A DNA stretch of 64,000 nucleotides from an uncultured virus (IMG/VR IMGVR_UViG_3300028888_000068) (lineage: Duplodnaviria; Heunggongvirae; Uroviricota; Caudoviricetes). The translations under genes were made by a program, and so were the position numbers. This document shows positions 19,467-29,728 of this stretch, one piece after another; the first letter of the stretch is position 1, and each line of letters begins with the position of its first letter. The notes below the pieces were generated by a model. The model ran no database searches, was not told the DNA's origin, and saw nothing but the letters and a program-made list of their open reading frames with translations. The stretch is taken from the IMG/VR virus record IMGVR_UViG_3300028888_000068; one strand, given 5' to 3'.

Positions 19467-20381
19467 TTAGCTCCCATCTACTACACAATCATGAATCAGG
19501 CGGGTAAACTGTTCGAGAGATAATTTTCCTCCCGCTGCAGATTTATGTCCTCCGCCACCATAATATGATTTCATAAACTCTCCAGCATTAAAATCACAGT
19601 TATCATTCGTATATATAGAAAAGTTATACAGATTTGGTTCCTTTCTATTTACACATATATAGCAGTCATATTGGTCTTTAACACTGTCGAATTGAGAAGA
19701 GCCAAAGGTATTAGTTAGCATGCATATTCCCTTATACTTCCCAGCCACTAGAACATCAAATGCATATCCTTTGACACATCCTTTCCACGTATTCTTAAGA
19801 TATTTCAAGACTCCATTTCCCTCAATCATAATTTTATCTACATCTCTGAGTATGCTTTCAAAGTTGCTATAAAATTTTTGAGCGTTTAGCGAATATTCTG
19901 CTCTTAGTCCATACTGATAAGGAAGAATAACATCATCCCAGGAATAAATATCGTGTCTCCAAGTATCATAGTGAGACATATATAGAACTCCTAGAGGAAC
20001 ATCTTGGTCTGGATAAAAGAAGCTCCAACATAATTCACAAGCGGCCGTTCCATTAACTCGAACTCCCGGCATCTCAGAATAACCACATTCTTGAGACTCA
20101 GTGATCTGAGTTATATGATGGTCTATCCACACTGCTTTGCCGGAATTAGCGAGTTTTAACATATCGGCCGTAGGGAAAGATATGTCAACTAGGTAAATCT
20201 GATCTTGGGAGGATATAAGTTCGTCAATATCTGGAATAACGTCTCCATAGTTAAATCCAAACGTCTCAATATAAACTCCCTCATGATTTAAGGCTGACTT
20301 AGCTATGGACATTGAACATAATCCATCGTAGTCAACTCTATGATAAATAATTAAAATTTTTTTATCCATATCAATAATCAT
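19467..20381 (-). CDS. DHH-family phosphoesterase
   Basis: H-x-x-DYDG, LVD, IDHH and GGGH motifs. Confidence 0.9.
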   Translation of the reverse strand: MIIDMDKKILIIYHRVDYDGLCSMSIAKSALNHEGVYIETFGFNYGDVIPDIDELISSQDQIYLVDISFPTADMLKLANSGKAVWIDHHITQITESQECGYSEMPGVRVNGTAACELCWSFFYPDQDVPLGVLYMSHYDTWRHDIYSWDDVILPYQYGLRAEYSLNAQKFYSNFESILRDVDKIMIEGNGVLKYLKNTWKGCVKGYAFDVLVAGKYKGICMLTNTFGSSQFDSVKDQYDCYICVNRKEPNLYNFSIYTNDNCDFNAGEFMKSYYGGGGHKSAAGGKLSLEQFTRLIHDCVVDGS

Positions 20382-20790
20382 TTACTTCTATATCAAGAAT
20401 ACACTCTATTATCTCTTTAAATCTAAATTTCATCTCAAATCTTCCGACGGTTTTCATTATGTCGTATCGTTTCTCATTAACATTCCATCTGAGAGCATAA
20501 ATATTTCTATTTCCTCCCCATCCCCGGCGACTTTTAGTGTCTCTGAGAAAATTTATGAGATCCGACAGTCTTTCATTGAGCTCTGGTACTTCTGAATCTT
20601 TATAAACAAGGAAGGCGTCTAAGAAACTTTTTTTAACTTCAAGGTCTTCTGTTATTTCTTTCCCATTTTTATATCCAAACTCTTGCTTTAGATAGCACCG
20701 AACCGTTTGAACATTATACCCTTGTTTATTAAAAATAGATTTTATTTTATTTTCCGAAGCCCAAAAATGCCATGAAAACCACTTAGACAT
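20371..20790 (-). CDS. Hypothetical protein
   Basis: ORF in the operon. Confidence 0.7.
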   Translation of the reverse strand: MSKWFSWHFWASENKIKSIFNKQGYNVQTVRCYLKQEFGYKNGKEITEDLEVKKSFLDAFLVYKDSEVPELNERLSDLINFLRDTKSRRGWGGNRNIYALRWNVNEKRYDIMKTVGRFEMKFRFKEIIECILDIEVNDY

Positions 20791-20795
20791 ATTTC

Positions 20796-20972
20796 TTATA
20801 GTTTATATACACATTCAGTGTCGGATGTTGCAGGTGGAGTTTGAAAGTAAGTAGCATAATTAATCTCCTTAGACTTTCTATCTTCCTTATACATCTTATA
20901 CCTAAAACACCCTTCACACATCTTACATAAAAGTCTTCCAGTACATCTACAAATATCATCTACGCCAAACAT
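20796..20972 (-). CDS. Small Cys-rich protein (not in ORF track)
   Basis: 58 aa, MFGVDDICRCTGRLLCKMCEGCFRY...; fills the gap in the operon. Confidence 0.55.
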   Translation of the reverse strand: MFGVDDICRCTGRLLCKMCEGCFRYKMYKEDRKSKEINYATYFQTPPATSDTECVYKL

Positions 20973-21307
20973 AATCCTGTAAGTGCTTTAAATATATTTT
21001 GTAATTGATGAATATAGTCTACTTTAAACTTAGCAATAATACCAAGATTATCGTATATTATAAAATTAAATCTCTCCGTATTATCTGGTATTATATATTT
21101 AATAAGGAATTGCCCTACATCTTTCATTACATCTATTTTATCAGTGAATGTAGTAGAAACAAACCCCAAGTCGCTCTCTAAAGATTCTATAAGAATTGGT
21201 TTTCCGGTTATTTCTGGAGAGTCTATATTATCTTTAGAAATTACAACAGTCTCAGATCCGTAGTCGTGTTTAATTCTGGCTATATTTCCTATTTCGAACT
21301 CACTCAT
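20960..21307 (-). CDS. Hypothetical protein
   Basis: C-terminal YIHQLQNIFKALTG motif, recalled from Bacteroidota phage proteins. Confidence 0.7.
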   Translation of the reverse strand: MSEFEIGNIARIKHDYGSETVVISKDNIDSPEITGKPILIESLESDLGFVSTTFTDKIDVMKDVGQFLIKYIIPDNTERFNFIIYDNLGIIAKFKVDYIHQLQNIFKALTGLCLA

Positions 21308-21975
21308 AATTCTAAGATTGTTTTTAGGTTATTTAAGGAGGCTATAAATTTATTTTTATTCTCTTCCTTATCTACTTCTTTTGCTTCGCTTGGGTCATCA
21401 GCAGCTTCATCCATATACCTTGCTTTCACTATAAGTTCATACCAGTCTTTATTGGTCCTATACAGCTTGCCAAAAGTTTTTATAGAATAAGATTTATCAT
21501 AAAAATCTCTCTTTTCTTTTTCGGTAATCCAGGATAAGTGCATTAGTTTTGAAACCCACTCCCGAAGAAGTTCTAATTCTCCGTTTGGGAGTTTTGCTAA
21601 CATTGATGGAGTTATCTCTATTGAAGAATTATTACTAGGGAAAGACTCTTTTGCTTGGACAATTATATAGCCCGGAAGACTAACCAGATTATCCTCTGTA
21701 TAATAATCTCCTTTATTGGCCGTTATTCCAAGAGAAGACAGGTGTATCTCTACATTAGATGAAGTTTTAAATATTCTGGGATATTTTTTAGACATTTCTA
21801 GGGCGTCTTTATCTGGATAAGTCTCTAAAAGAATCTTTGTTGCCGCCTTAGAGATTAATTCTAAAAGAGATTTATATTCTTCAGAGTCTCTTAACTTCTT
21901 TGTTATCTCTTCTCTTAAATAGTGTGCATCGCTATTAGAAAAATATTTATTAGCTAGTTTTTTACTTAATTCCAT
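21304..21975 (-). CDS. Hypothetical protein
   Basis: 223-aa ORF. Confidence 0.7.
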   Translation of the reverse strand: MELSKKLANKYFSNSDAHYLREEITKKLRDSEEYKSLLELISKAATKILLETYPDKDALEMSKKYPRIFKTSSNVEIHLSSLGITANKGDYYTEDNLVSLPGYIIVQAKESFPSNNSSIEITPSMLAKLPNGELELLREWVSKLMHLSWITEKEKRDFYDKSYSIKTFGKLYRTNKDWYELIVKARYMDEAADDPSEAKEVDKEENKNKFIASLNNLKTILEL

Positions 21976-22520
21976 TACGATTTAATTAGATTATACAGTT
22001 CTATATAATTTTCTTTTATACTTGTAAGCGTGGCCTCTTGATTAGCCAAAACAGTTCTAAGCATTCGAAGTCTTTTGGCACAGTCATAGGCAAATAATAC
22101 TAAAGCTGTATATTTTTCAATAAAAGTTTTAGTAAATTCTGGAAACTTCTCTCTAAAACTCTTGCAGTCCTCTAAACCACATACAATATCTTCTGCAGTA
22201 AAGAAGAGCGGCAGTTTGTGAGAGGACATTGGGATTTTTCTGATTTTAGAATAGAAGAACTCACTTGCAATAGAAACTATTGAGCTGTCTAATCCTGGTA
22301 ATACGGATACGTCTCTATACCAAAAATCTATATCTCTTTGTAGAATTATACCCTTAGAGCCTTTTGCTAGAAGAGTAAATATGCTCTCAGGGTAATAAGA
22401 TTTAATGTAATTAATACAATAGGTAGCTAGTTCCTGCCGCAATTTATCAATCTCGGCATCAAAATTTTTAAGTTTTTTGTACTTCTCTAAAGTACTATCT
22501 ATTAGTGATGTTTGTATCAT
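21975..22520 (-). CDS. Hypothetical protein
   Basis: Starts 2 nt after the motif at 22523-22533. Confidence 0.7.
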   Translation of the reverse strand: MIQTSLIDSTLEKYKKLKNFDAEIDKLRQELATYCINYIKSYYPESIFTLLAKGSKGIILQRDIDFWYRDVSVLPGLDSSIVSIASEFFYSKIRKIPMSSHKLPLFFTAEDIVCGLEDCKSFREKFPEFTKTFIEKYTALVLFAYDCAKRLRMLRTVLANQEATLTSIKENYIELYNLIKS

Positions 22521-22592
22521 ATCATTTATAAGGTAATGATTTGCTCTTAAGTCGCCTTTTAACTCTTATAAATGAATTAAAACACGTATATT

Positions 22593-23237
22593 ATGGATTG
22601 GAAACAACAACTAAATAAGCGTATAGGCTACGGTTCTGCAATTCCTAATTCTGAATATTTTTTAGGAATTGTTCCCCTTCTTGAATTTCTAATAAATGAC
22701 CTTGAGAAATTTTTAGATCGAGAGGGGAGATACTACGGAATTATGGTAACTTATATTCACAAAACGAGAGAGATCTTGAAAAATATAAGACCAGATTTAG
22801 AAGAAGAGGATGATATTACTTGGAAACGAATAATATTTCTTTATAAACCTATAATTTTGAAAGAATATAAAAAATTTCTTAGAAGAAAAGTTACTAGGGC
22901 CGATGCAATTATATGTATAGTACGAAAGATTATAGAAATTATATTAACTTATGCAGAAGATGAAGTCTTTGAAAAATTTAATAATATTTACATAATCTTT
23001 GGAAAAATGTATACAAATATAAAAAACAAAGGAAAAGAATATTCCCTTCCCATCTTATGTTCTGTAGTTGATGGGTCTATTGAGGAAGGTCTTGTTGGTC
23101 TTCACAAATTAGATAAATTTTCTATCGTAGAAGAAGAAAATAAAAGAAAAGCTAAAGACGAGATTAGTGGAAGTGGGATTAGAATAAAAGAAAGCTCAGA
23201 TAATTTAATTTCAGAAGTATCATGGATAGACGAGTAG
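22593..23237 (+). CDS. Hypothetical protein
   Basis: Motif at 22565-22574 upstream. Confidence 0.7.
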   Translation: MDWKQQLNKRIGYGSAIPNSEYFLGIVPLLEFLINDLEKFLDREGRYYGIMVTYIHKTREILKNIRPDLEEEDDITWKRIIFLYKPIILKEYKKFLRRKVTRADAIICIVRKIIEIILTYAEDEVFEKFNNIYIIFGKMYTNIKNKGKEYSLPILCSVVDGSIEEGLVGLHKLDKFSIVEEENKRKAKDEISGSGIRIKESSDNLISEVSWIDE

Positions 23238-23242
23238 TTAAT

Positions 23243-23428
23243 ATGCTTATAGTGAACGATGACGATCTAAATTGTGATTGTAAATCGAAAACTATTGACG
23301 ATATTAGTATAATTAATGTCGGATTTAGTATTGGCGTTTTAGATAAATTTGAGATGGTAGTATATAAAGGTTCTAAAGGAACAAAAGTACTTAAATCGGT
23401 TTATACTAAAACGGGAACAATAAAATAG
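23243..23428 (+). CDS. Small hypothetical protein
   Basis: Followed by a bidirectional hairpin at ~23425-23455; start trimmed. Confidence 0.55.
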   Translation: MLIVNDDDLNCDCKSKTIDDISIINVGFSIGVLDKFEMVVYKGSKGTKVLKSVYTKTGTIK

Positions 23429-23461
23429 GATAGAATTAAATCTATCCTATTTTTATCTTAT

Positions 23462-24664
23462 CTACTGATTGCCACAAAAGCGGTCAATCAAGTTATGTAT
23501 TTGCTCAGGAGTTGCTTCCTTTTCGGGTTCAGGCTCCGGTTTTGTCTCCTCCTCTACATCTACGAAAGAGTCGATGAAAATCTTGCCATTTTTAGCAGTA
23601 TCATAGAATCTTGCCATAGAGTCGAATCGTCCACTCTTGTTCGGAGCATGGAATATAACTCCGCCGACTACAAATTCATCCAGAATAGCTGCAGGATTAT
23701 CATCCTTCTTGCCAATCCTTCTGATTGTGAAATCGTTAACATAGTATTCAACAATTTCATTTGCTTGAGCCAAAGTTATCATGCATCTGTCGCTCTCTTT
23801 TCCAAAGAGATCCTCTTCCTGGAATCCCAAAGAATACATCAGCTCGACACACCTGCCTTTGATAGAGTCGAGAATCAGAGTTTCTCCTTCAGCCTCAGAT
23901 TTTCTCTGAGCATCCTTCTGAATCACTTGGTCAAAGTCGTTTCCAACTTTTTCCTGAAGCTTCTTCAGTTTTTCAGGGTCGCTCCAATCTTCATAGAGCC
24001 GGACGGCTCTATTTTTCTTATTATCAGAGTCATTAGTGTCATCATCATATACTTTCTTCAGAATCCAATTAGGAACCTCCAAAAGCTGAACTCTTCTTGT
24101 ATCGGAACCGACGACCGCATACGAATATTCCATCACAGCGACCATCTTGCTCCAGGCGGGGTCTTCATCTTTGCTTCTGCCAAGAATCTGAGACATAACG
24201 TACTTCCCAGAATCTTTGCAAGCGGAGATGATATCTTTAATTCTCAATTTGTTGAAATTGCCAACGTTGTTGGTATATTCGGGAACCTCAATCAAAAGTT
24301 TGAGGCAACGATTTCCGCTCATCACATCCTCCATGATATGGAGAAGCTTAGCATCTTCAGTACAGACTTCGCTAAGATTGATAAAGCTTTCATCCACTCC
24401 AGAATTTTCCGAACTTACGACGGCGTAGAGAGCCTTTACGAAATTTCTTTCAGACTCTTCCTCATGCTCGGTAACTTCTTCCTTCATTTTCTCAGGGGAC
24501 ACACCGAGCTCCTGAATTTCCTTATTCGCAGCCTCCTCAGCTTTGATAAGTCTTTTCTCTTCCTTCTTTACGGCCCTATAAGCTAACACAGCACCAATGC
24601 CGGCAGCTACAAGGCCGAAGATTACTTTGAACAGCTTGCTTTTGCTGTCATTTTCTTTGTTCAT
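23462..24664 (-). CDS. Membrane-anchored acidic protein
   Basis: N-terminal VIFGLVAAGIGAVLAYRAVKK; start trimmed to MNKEND. Confidence 0.75.
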   Translation of the reverse strand: MNKENDSKSKLFKVIFGLVAAGIGAVLAYRAVKKEEKRLIKAEEAANKEIQELGVSPEKMKEEVTEHEEESERNFVKALYAVVSSENSGVDESFINLSEVCTEDAKLLHIMEDVMSGNRCLKLLIEVPEYTNNVGNFNKLRIKDIISACKDSGKYVMSQILGRSKDEDPAWSKMVAVMEYSYAVVGSDTRRVQLLEVPNWILKKVYDDDTNDSDNKKNRAVRLYEDWSDPEKLKKLQEKVGNDFDQVIQKDAQRKSEAEGETLILDSIKGRCVELMYSLGFQEEDLFGKESDRCMITLAQANEIVEYYVNDFTIRRIGKKDDNPAAILDEFVVGGVIFHAPNKSGRFDSMARFYDTAKNGKIFIDSFVDVEEETKPEPEPEKEATPEQIHNLIDRFCGNQ

Positions 24665-24702
24665 CTCTTTTTTAAGGTTTAGATTAGTGTCTGTAGTTTG
24701 TT

Positions 24703-24954
24703 TCAGTGTCTGCTTCTTCCTTGCGAGTCTCTGAAATCTCTGTTTTCTTTGTGAGGAGCCTCGACGGGCTTGCAGAAGAAATCGACGACCGCATTGAAGA
24801 CAACAGCTCCTAACCCTATAATGGTTAGTCCAGCACCGGCGATGGAGCACCACCGCCTACCATTTTCTTTTAAATTTGGGAAATGTTTTGGGTTTTCCCT
24901 TGAATCCGCGAATTTGTTCACGATTCTTCCCATTACTTCGGCGTTGTTTGCCAT
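24703..24954 (-). CDS. Small membrane protein
   Basis: One hydrophobic helix. Confidence 0.65.
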   Translation of the reverse strand: MANNAEVMGRIVNKFADSRENPKHFPNLKENGRRWCSIAGAGLTIIGLGAVVFNAVVDFFCKPVEAPHKENRDFRDSQGRSRH

Positions 24955-24961
24955 AAATCTT

Positions 24962-25123
24962 TTAGTTGGCTTTATTAGTTTTACGGATAATTACATCGGA
25001 ACGGACCGCAGCAATTTCCGACACCAGAAATGCTACTACGGCAACACCGATTCCGAGTTTTCCAGCTTTCCAACAAACTGCTTGGATAGCTTTTAATCTT
25101 GCAATTCTTTTGTTGTTTTCCAT
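24962..25123 (-). CDS. 53-aa membrane protein (not in ORF track)
   Basis: MENNKRIARLKAIQAVCWKAGKLGIGVAVVAFLVSEIAAV... Confidence 0.65.
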   Translation of the reverse strand: MENNKRIARLKAIQAVCWKAGKLGIGVAVVAFLVSEIAAVRSDVIIRKTNKAN

Positions 25124-25377
25124 TGTTGTTAAATAATTGTTATAAAATGTTGTTCGTTTATAAGGTTTTTATCGCTGGCGGCTTAATGTGCTATTTATAG
25201 ATGCCGCCACATCTTTTAATACCTAAGGGGACTGGAAATATTACCAATCCCCTATCGGTACCTAGATAAATTATTGGAACAAGTTTTCACAATACAAAAA
25301 CATTATAGAAAGAACAGAAGAGTGTTTAGCTTTTACACTAAACACCCTTCCCACTATATAAAGAGATGAAGTATAGA

Positions 25378-25623
25378 CTATTCCTCAGTCTTGGCCTCTT
25401 CTGCAGCAGGCTCTTCGGCCGCTGCTTCCTTGACCTCTTCCTTGACTTCCTCCACGACATCTTTGGCCTTCTTGGTCAGTTTGCCCCAAGTATCTTTTCC
25501 CCACTTGATGGCGTCCTTTCCGAAGGTTTCAAGCTTGTCGTAAGCGTTTCCGTTTTTCTGAGTGTACCCACCAGCAACATAGCCAAAAAAGGCCAGCGCT
25601 GCAAGTCCGATAATCTTTTTCAT
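25378..25623 (-). CDS. Small membrane-anchored protein with acidic tail
   Basis: MKKIIGLAALAFFGYVAGGY. Confidence 0.75.
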   Translation of the reverse strand: MKKIIGLAALAFFGYVAGGYTQKNGNAYDKLETFGKDAIKWGKDTWGKLTKKAKDVVEEVKEEVKEAAAEEPAAEEAKTEE

Positions 25624-25635
25624 GTTTCTCTCCTC

Positions 25636-25992
25636 CTAGTTGTTGTTCCACTGCGACCGGCGATAGTTCCGGTTCCGATTCTGATACTGATAACCGTTAC
25701 GGTTATTGTTGAAGTTGGGCTTCCTGTACTCAACTTCCACGCCTTCAGCCTCATACTCAGCAACCTGAGCCGGCTTGGTCTGAGGAAGCTCTTCTTGAGT
25801 CTCCTCCGTCTTCGACCAAGGGAACTTGATTCCCTTTGCGAAATTCACAGTGGCAGTTCTGCAGCCTTTGAAATTAGTCGCAAACGCGAAAGTGGCTGCG
25901 CCAAGAACGGCATATCCGACGACGGCGCCGATCTTCTTCAGAATTCCAGTCTTCTTAGGCTGATTCTGGACATTTTCTTTGTTCTGTTCCAT
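25636..25992 (-). CDS. Membrane-anchored protein with N/R-rich tail
   Basis: IGAVVGYAVLGAATFAFA; start uncertain (25992 or 26025). Confidence 0.7.
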   Translation of the reverse strand: MEQNKENVQNQPKKTGILKKIGAVVGYAVLGAATFAFATNFKGCRTATVNFAKGIKFPWSKTEETQEELPQTKPAQVAEYEAEGVEVEYRKPNFNNNRNGYQYQNRNRNYRRSQWNNN

Positions 25993-26126
25993 ATTTATCT
26001 TAATGGTTTTATTGTTATCATTCATGTCTCGATTAAGGTTTTAGGTTTCACTCTTCATCTTGGTTTTATAATGTTGTCTGTTTAGTATTTTGATTTTATG
26101 ATGAAGAAGTTTACACCTATAAGGAA

Positions 26127-26870
26127 TTAAGGCCTTCCTCGTTTTTCGACAAATTCATTAAACTTGTCTCTAAAATCCCAATCATCATAACAATATCTAT
26201 CTCCACAAGACTCCCAGCTCCATATTCCCTCTTCAACGTCGTATACAATCTCAACATCATATAGATCTACCTCTGGTTTTTCTAAATAAACCTTAATTAA
26301 TGTCACTTCATTATTTACTGAGGTCTCTGTTATTCCTTTTACAGTATATCCATCCTCTTCAAAATTCATCCTTATATCCATGTGAAGAGTCTTAGCTGCC
26401 TTCTTTAACATCCCCAGGACAAACTGATTAGGAGTTATTGGAGGATTGTCGGGTCTGAACTCAATATTATATTTTCTTCCATACATCCAAAGAATATAGC
26501 TAACTACTGCTTGACTTCTAGATTGTCCAGCTCTGCAGTGAACTATAATATCTCTAGAGGGAATATTATTACTTATGAATCTAACAATCTTAAGTGCTTG
26601 GGCCATTGATATACCTTCAGCGATTCTAATTCCAGATTCGTCTAGAAACTCAAAAGGCGTAGATATATCATCAAAGTCCAGATTTAAAATATTATCAGTA
26701 TTAAATTGAAAGTAGTGTGGCTCTGGTTCTCTTAGGATTGTAGATTTTACATCATTTGTAGAACAAATTGATATAAATGCTTTATCTTTCGGTACGTTAT
26801 TGCCAGTCCACCCAGAGCTCATGCATAGGTCATCGAACTCTCTTTTACTATAACAATATACTTTTTTCAT
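26127..26870 (-). CDS. Protein-tyrosine / dual-specificity phosphatase
   Basis: HCRAGQSRS (HCx5R) and FDD motifs. Confidence 0.9.
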   Translation of the reverse strand: MKKVYCYSKREFDDLCMSSGWTGNNVPKDKAFISICSTNDVKSTILREPEPHYFQFNTDNILNLDFDDISTPFEFLDESGIRIAEGISMAQALKIVRFISNNIPSRDIIVHCRAGQSRSQAVVSYILWMYGRKYNIEFRPDNPPITPNQFVLGMLKKAAKTLHMDIRMNFEEDGYTVKGITETSVNNEVTLIKVYLEKPEVDLYDVEIVYDVEEGIWSWESCGDRYCYDDWDFRDKFNEFVEKRGRP

Positions 26871-27235
26871 ATTATTTTAACAATTATCTCTCCAGAAGGT
26901 GTTATTTCTTTTAGTATGAATTTGGGATTGACATAAAATCTGCTCTTGATATAACCAATTAATCTATTCCTGGAGATATCAGTTAAACATATCGTAAGGC
27001 GGCCGTGTAATTCCGGAATCATGTCAGACCAAACAAATTTTACTAACTCAGGACTATATCCAAGAACTAAATATGTTCCCTCGTCTTGAAACTTTATGTC
27101 CTTGATATCAACCAGTCCTTTCAATAAAAATTCTTTGTAACTCTCAGAATCTCTGGCTTCTATTCTTGCTTTAAGTTTATCGGGGATTATTATAAATTCT
27201 CCTATTACTATTTCTTCAGTTTTATTCTCCATCAT
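26867..27235 (-). CDS. Hypothetical protein
   Basis: Starts at the motif 27233-27243. Confidence 0.65.
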   Translation of the reverse strand: MMENKTEEIVIGEFIIIPDKLKARIEARDSESYKEFLLKGLVDIKDIKFQDEGTYLVLGYSPELVKFVWSDMIPELHGRLTICLTDISRNRLIGYIKSRFYVNPKFILKEITPSGEIIVKII

Positions 27236-27259
27236 ATATAAGGAAAATAAGAGAGGACT

Positions 27260-27604
27260 TTAATTTTTATCCTCTCTTATATTTTTATTTCTTGCCATCA
27301 TTCTTCTTCGTCTTCTTTCCATCATAACCTCACCTCCAGCTACTTCTGAAAGCATTTTATTAGCACCAGAGCCGAAAGTGTAACATCCAACGCAAAGAAT
27401 GAATATACCTAGCTTTGAAAGGTCTGTATCTATGACTCCATCAACCACAATATCCCACACTAAGATAAAAGCAATTGATAGTCCTATAATAGCACCAACG
27501 AGAGCACTAATAACCAGACCAAAGGATTTACTAGATTCACCAGAACTATTTCGTATCAATGATTTAAAAAGCCTCCACATATTCACTTTCAAAGAAAAGG
27601 CCAT
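27260..27604 (-). CDS. Two-TM membrane protein (holin-like)
   Basis: SSK motif, two TM helices, basic C-terminus. Confidence 0.55.
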   Translation of the reverse strand: MAFSLKVNMWRLFKSLIRNSSGESSKSFGLVISALVGAIIGLSIAFILVWDIVVDGVIDTDLSKLGIFILCVGCYTFGSGANKMLSEVAGGEVMMERRRRRMMARNKNIREDKN

Positions 27605-27860
27605 TTACTGCCTCATATGAACCTGGTCCCCACTTGATTATATAAGACCCAGGAAATACGTGAGTTACTTCATCACCGGGACCAAAAATCTTAAAGTCCC
27701 AGTTATCCTCCCTTACACGTTTTTCAAAATCTTCCCATGTTGGAAACCACTCATTGAATTTAGGGTGATGTGTATCAAAGAAATCAAATACTTCGCGGAG
27801 ATTAGTTCCGTCCCACTTAATAGCCTCTATCTCTCTAGGCCTTCGTATATATTTTCCCAT
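27564..27860 (-). CDS. Phage protein, PGDYIIK-like family
   Basis: IEAIKWDG...PGSYIIK. Confidence 0.7.
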   Translation of the reverse strand: MGKYIRRPREIEAIKWDGTNLREVFDFFDTHHPKFNEWFPTWEDFEKRVREDNWDFKIFGPGDEVTHVFPGSYIIKWGPGSYEAVNGLFFESEYVEAF

Positions 27861-27862
27861 AC

Positions 27863-28486
27863 CTACTTAGACCTCTGACTAGTTATTCTAAGCTCTATCT
27901 CATATGCCTTCTTCAGATATCCAACTAAGCCCATATATGATTTTGCTTTTACGAATACCCTAGGACAAATTTTATTTAATTCCTGAAGGTCAATTTCTAG
28001 AACATCTCCCTTAAGTTCATCAAGAGGTCCACAATGTTCTTCTAGAGATTTAATATCTTCTTTAAACTTGTCTGGAATTTCCCCTGTAGCTTTCTTCTTT
28101 TCAGGGGATTTTTTAGGTTTTTCTACAGGATTTTCTGGTTTCACAGCAACCTCTTCTTTCTTGGGTTCTTCCTTAGGCTGCTCTTCTTTTACCTCAGATT
28201 TTAGTTCTATATCAGGCAAAATTTCTTCATAAGTCTTCCAGAAAATATTTGGTTTACAAGGAAAAACCTCTCCTGTCACTCCTTTGACAATAAAGTCTCC
28301 AGGCCTAGCTTCAACAACTCCATCTACGGTATGAATGTATAAGGAGCCGTGTTCTCCCTTAAAATATGGATTATTTGCCATAAATAATCTTATATTAGGA
28401 GATTCAATAGTCTCATGCTTGCCGTCCCATTCGAATGCCTCTACTGTGGTTGGGCTGTTTGTAAATTTTCTAATTAAACCTGTCAT
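27863..28486 (-). CDS. Phage protein, PGDYIIK-like family with extra C-terminal domain
   Basis: VEAFEWDG...PGDFIVKGVTGEVFPCKPNIFWKTYE; start trimmed. Confidence 0.75.
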   Translation of the reverse strand: MTGLIRKFTNSPTTVEAFEWDGKHETIESPNIRLFMANNPYFKGEHGSLYIHTVDGVVEARPGDFIVKGVTGEVFPCKPNIFWKTYEEILPDIELKSEVKEEQPKEEPKKEEVAVKPENPVEKPKKSPEKKKATGEIPDKFKEDIKSLEEHCGPLDELKGDVLEIDLQELNKICPRVFVKAKSYMGLVGYLKKAYEIELRITSQRSK

Positions 28487-28892
28487 GATTAATCTCAGTT
28501 TGTATAAGATTTTGATATTCTTCTGTAATTTCACGCACTATAAGATTTTTCTCAGTTGCTTTCTTAATCATATCTCTAGTACCAGGAGATTCTCCAAGAG
28601 GAAAGGCTATAAGCGCATTACCTACTTCTGCCATTTTCCCATTTCGTATTCCCCCAGCACGCTTTCCATATTTTTTCCAGTCTGGTTCAAATATCCTAAC
28701 ATTGAAGCCTCTTTCTTTAGCATACAACTCTCCTAATGTATCAGCGCCTTTTGCATGTCCTGATATTATAGTTATCTTGTATCCTTCTGCGAGTCTTCTT
28801 TCAAGAAGCTTATCGCAGACATATTTAAGAACTTCGTAGTTATTAAAATTTCTTGAACCTGCTATTATTACATTTAATTCTTTATCATCCAT
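28470..28892 (-). CDS. SLOG-family protein (YspA / DUF2493)
   Basis: IIAGSR...IISGHAKGAD...AGGIRN...SPGT. Confidence 0.85.
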   Translation of the reverse strand: MDDKELNVIIAGSRNFNNYEVLKYVCDKLLERRLAEGYKITIISGHAKGADTLGELYAKERGFNVRIFEPDWKKYGKRAGGIRNGKMAEVGNALIAFPLGESPGTRDMIKKATEKNLIVREITEEYQNLIQTEINHDRFN

Positions 28893-29400
28893 TTTGCATA
28901 TAATAGGATCTAAAACTATTTATGAGGTCCTGATTGTTGAAGAATATCTGTCCTGTCTGCTCGTCAAACATAAGATATTTTCCAACACTAAACTCTTCTC
29001 CTGTAATAGTTTCTGTCCATCTTCTAACAACACTTGGAAAATCTGGTCTCTTCTTTTTTCTTCCTTCAAGTGGAGGCAATTCTATACCTCGAACTGCATT
29101 CCACGCCGCGCTAATAATATCGTCTTTAAGTCCCTTTCTGTTGATACACTCGTAGACCGACATATTCTCAAAAGTGTCGTCATCCATTAACATAGAAAAG
29201 TAACGACTTCCGTAGTCATTTCTTCGTGTAATAATTAACTTAACACTTCTTCCAGATAATTTTGATTTCCAGTCAGGATGAAGTGGAAATACAACTCCCA
29301 TCAAGAAGTCGTAATCTTCATTAGTAACTGGCGTGCCTATCGGAGTTGAATGTAAAATAGACTTACATCTTTCCAGAATTTCTTCCTTTATTGTTGCCAT
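28885..29400 (-). CDS. DCL / DUF3223-like protein
   Basis: HPDWKSK...F...DD...SVYEC pattern. Confidence 0.55.
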   Translation of the reverse strand: MATIKEEILERCKSILHSTPIGTPVTNEDYDFLMGVVFPLHPDWKSKLSGRSVKLIITRRNDYGSRYFSMLMDDDTFENMSVYECINRKGLKDDIISAAWNAVRGIELPPLEGRKKKRPDFPSVVRRWTETITGEEFSVGKYLMFDEQTGQIFFNNQDLINSFRSYYMQNG

Positions 29401-29728
29401 ATTGTTTAAAAATTAGTGGTATTTCGTCAGCTTTTGGTCTTATATTTTTCCCAATCTCATGTTCATAGAAAGGACAATAGTCAAAGAAGTTTGTAAATAC
29501 TGCTGTTTTCATGCATGTAACATAAGTAGTTGAGTCAGTATCACAGTTACCTAGAATATACCAATAACAAGTTCCACATCGCTTAGGTTTTATTGGTATT
29601 TGGTACTCACAACTAGTAGACTTCGGGTGTTTAATGTATTTCCACCCAAGACCAACTCTACAATAACTATTAATATCTAAGAATCCACAATTAGAACAAT
29701 AATCAGTTTTCTTTATTATTCTTTTCAT
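29363..29728 (-). CDS. Cys-rich hypothetical protein
   Basis: Two CxxC repeats; motif at 29736-29746 upstream. Confidence 0.65.
   Translation of the reverse strand: MKRIIKKTDYCSNCGFLDINSYCRVGLGWKYIKHPKSTSCEYQIPIKPKRCGTCYWYILGNCDTDSTTYVTCMKTAVFTNFFDYCPFYEHEIGKNIRPKADEIPLIFKQYGNNKGRNSGKM

Noticed and set aside
23495..24586. 363-aa plus-strand ORF
   Set aside because: Antisense shadow of the real minus-strand gene; F/L/I/S-rich composition and no promoter motif.
25366..26085. 239-aa plus-strand ORF
   Set aside because: Antisense to two coherent membrane-protein genes; a shadow caused by their codon bias.
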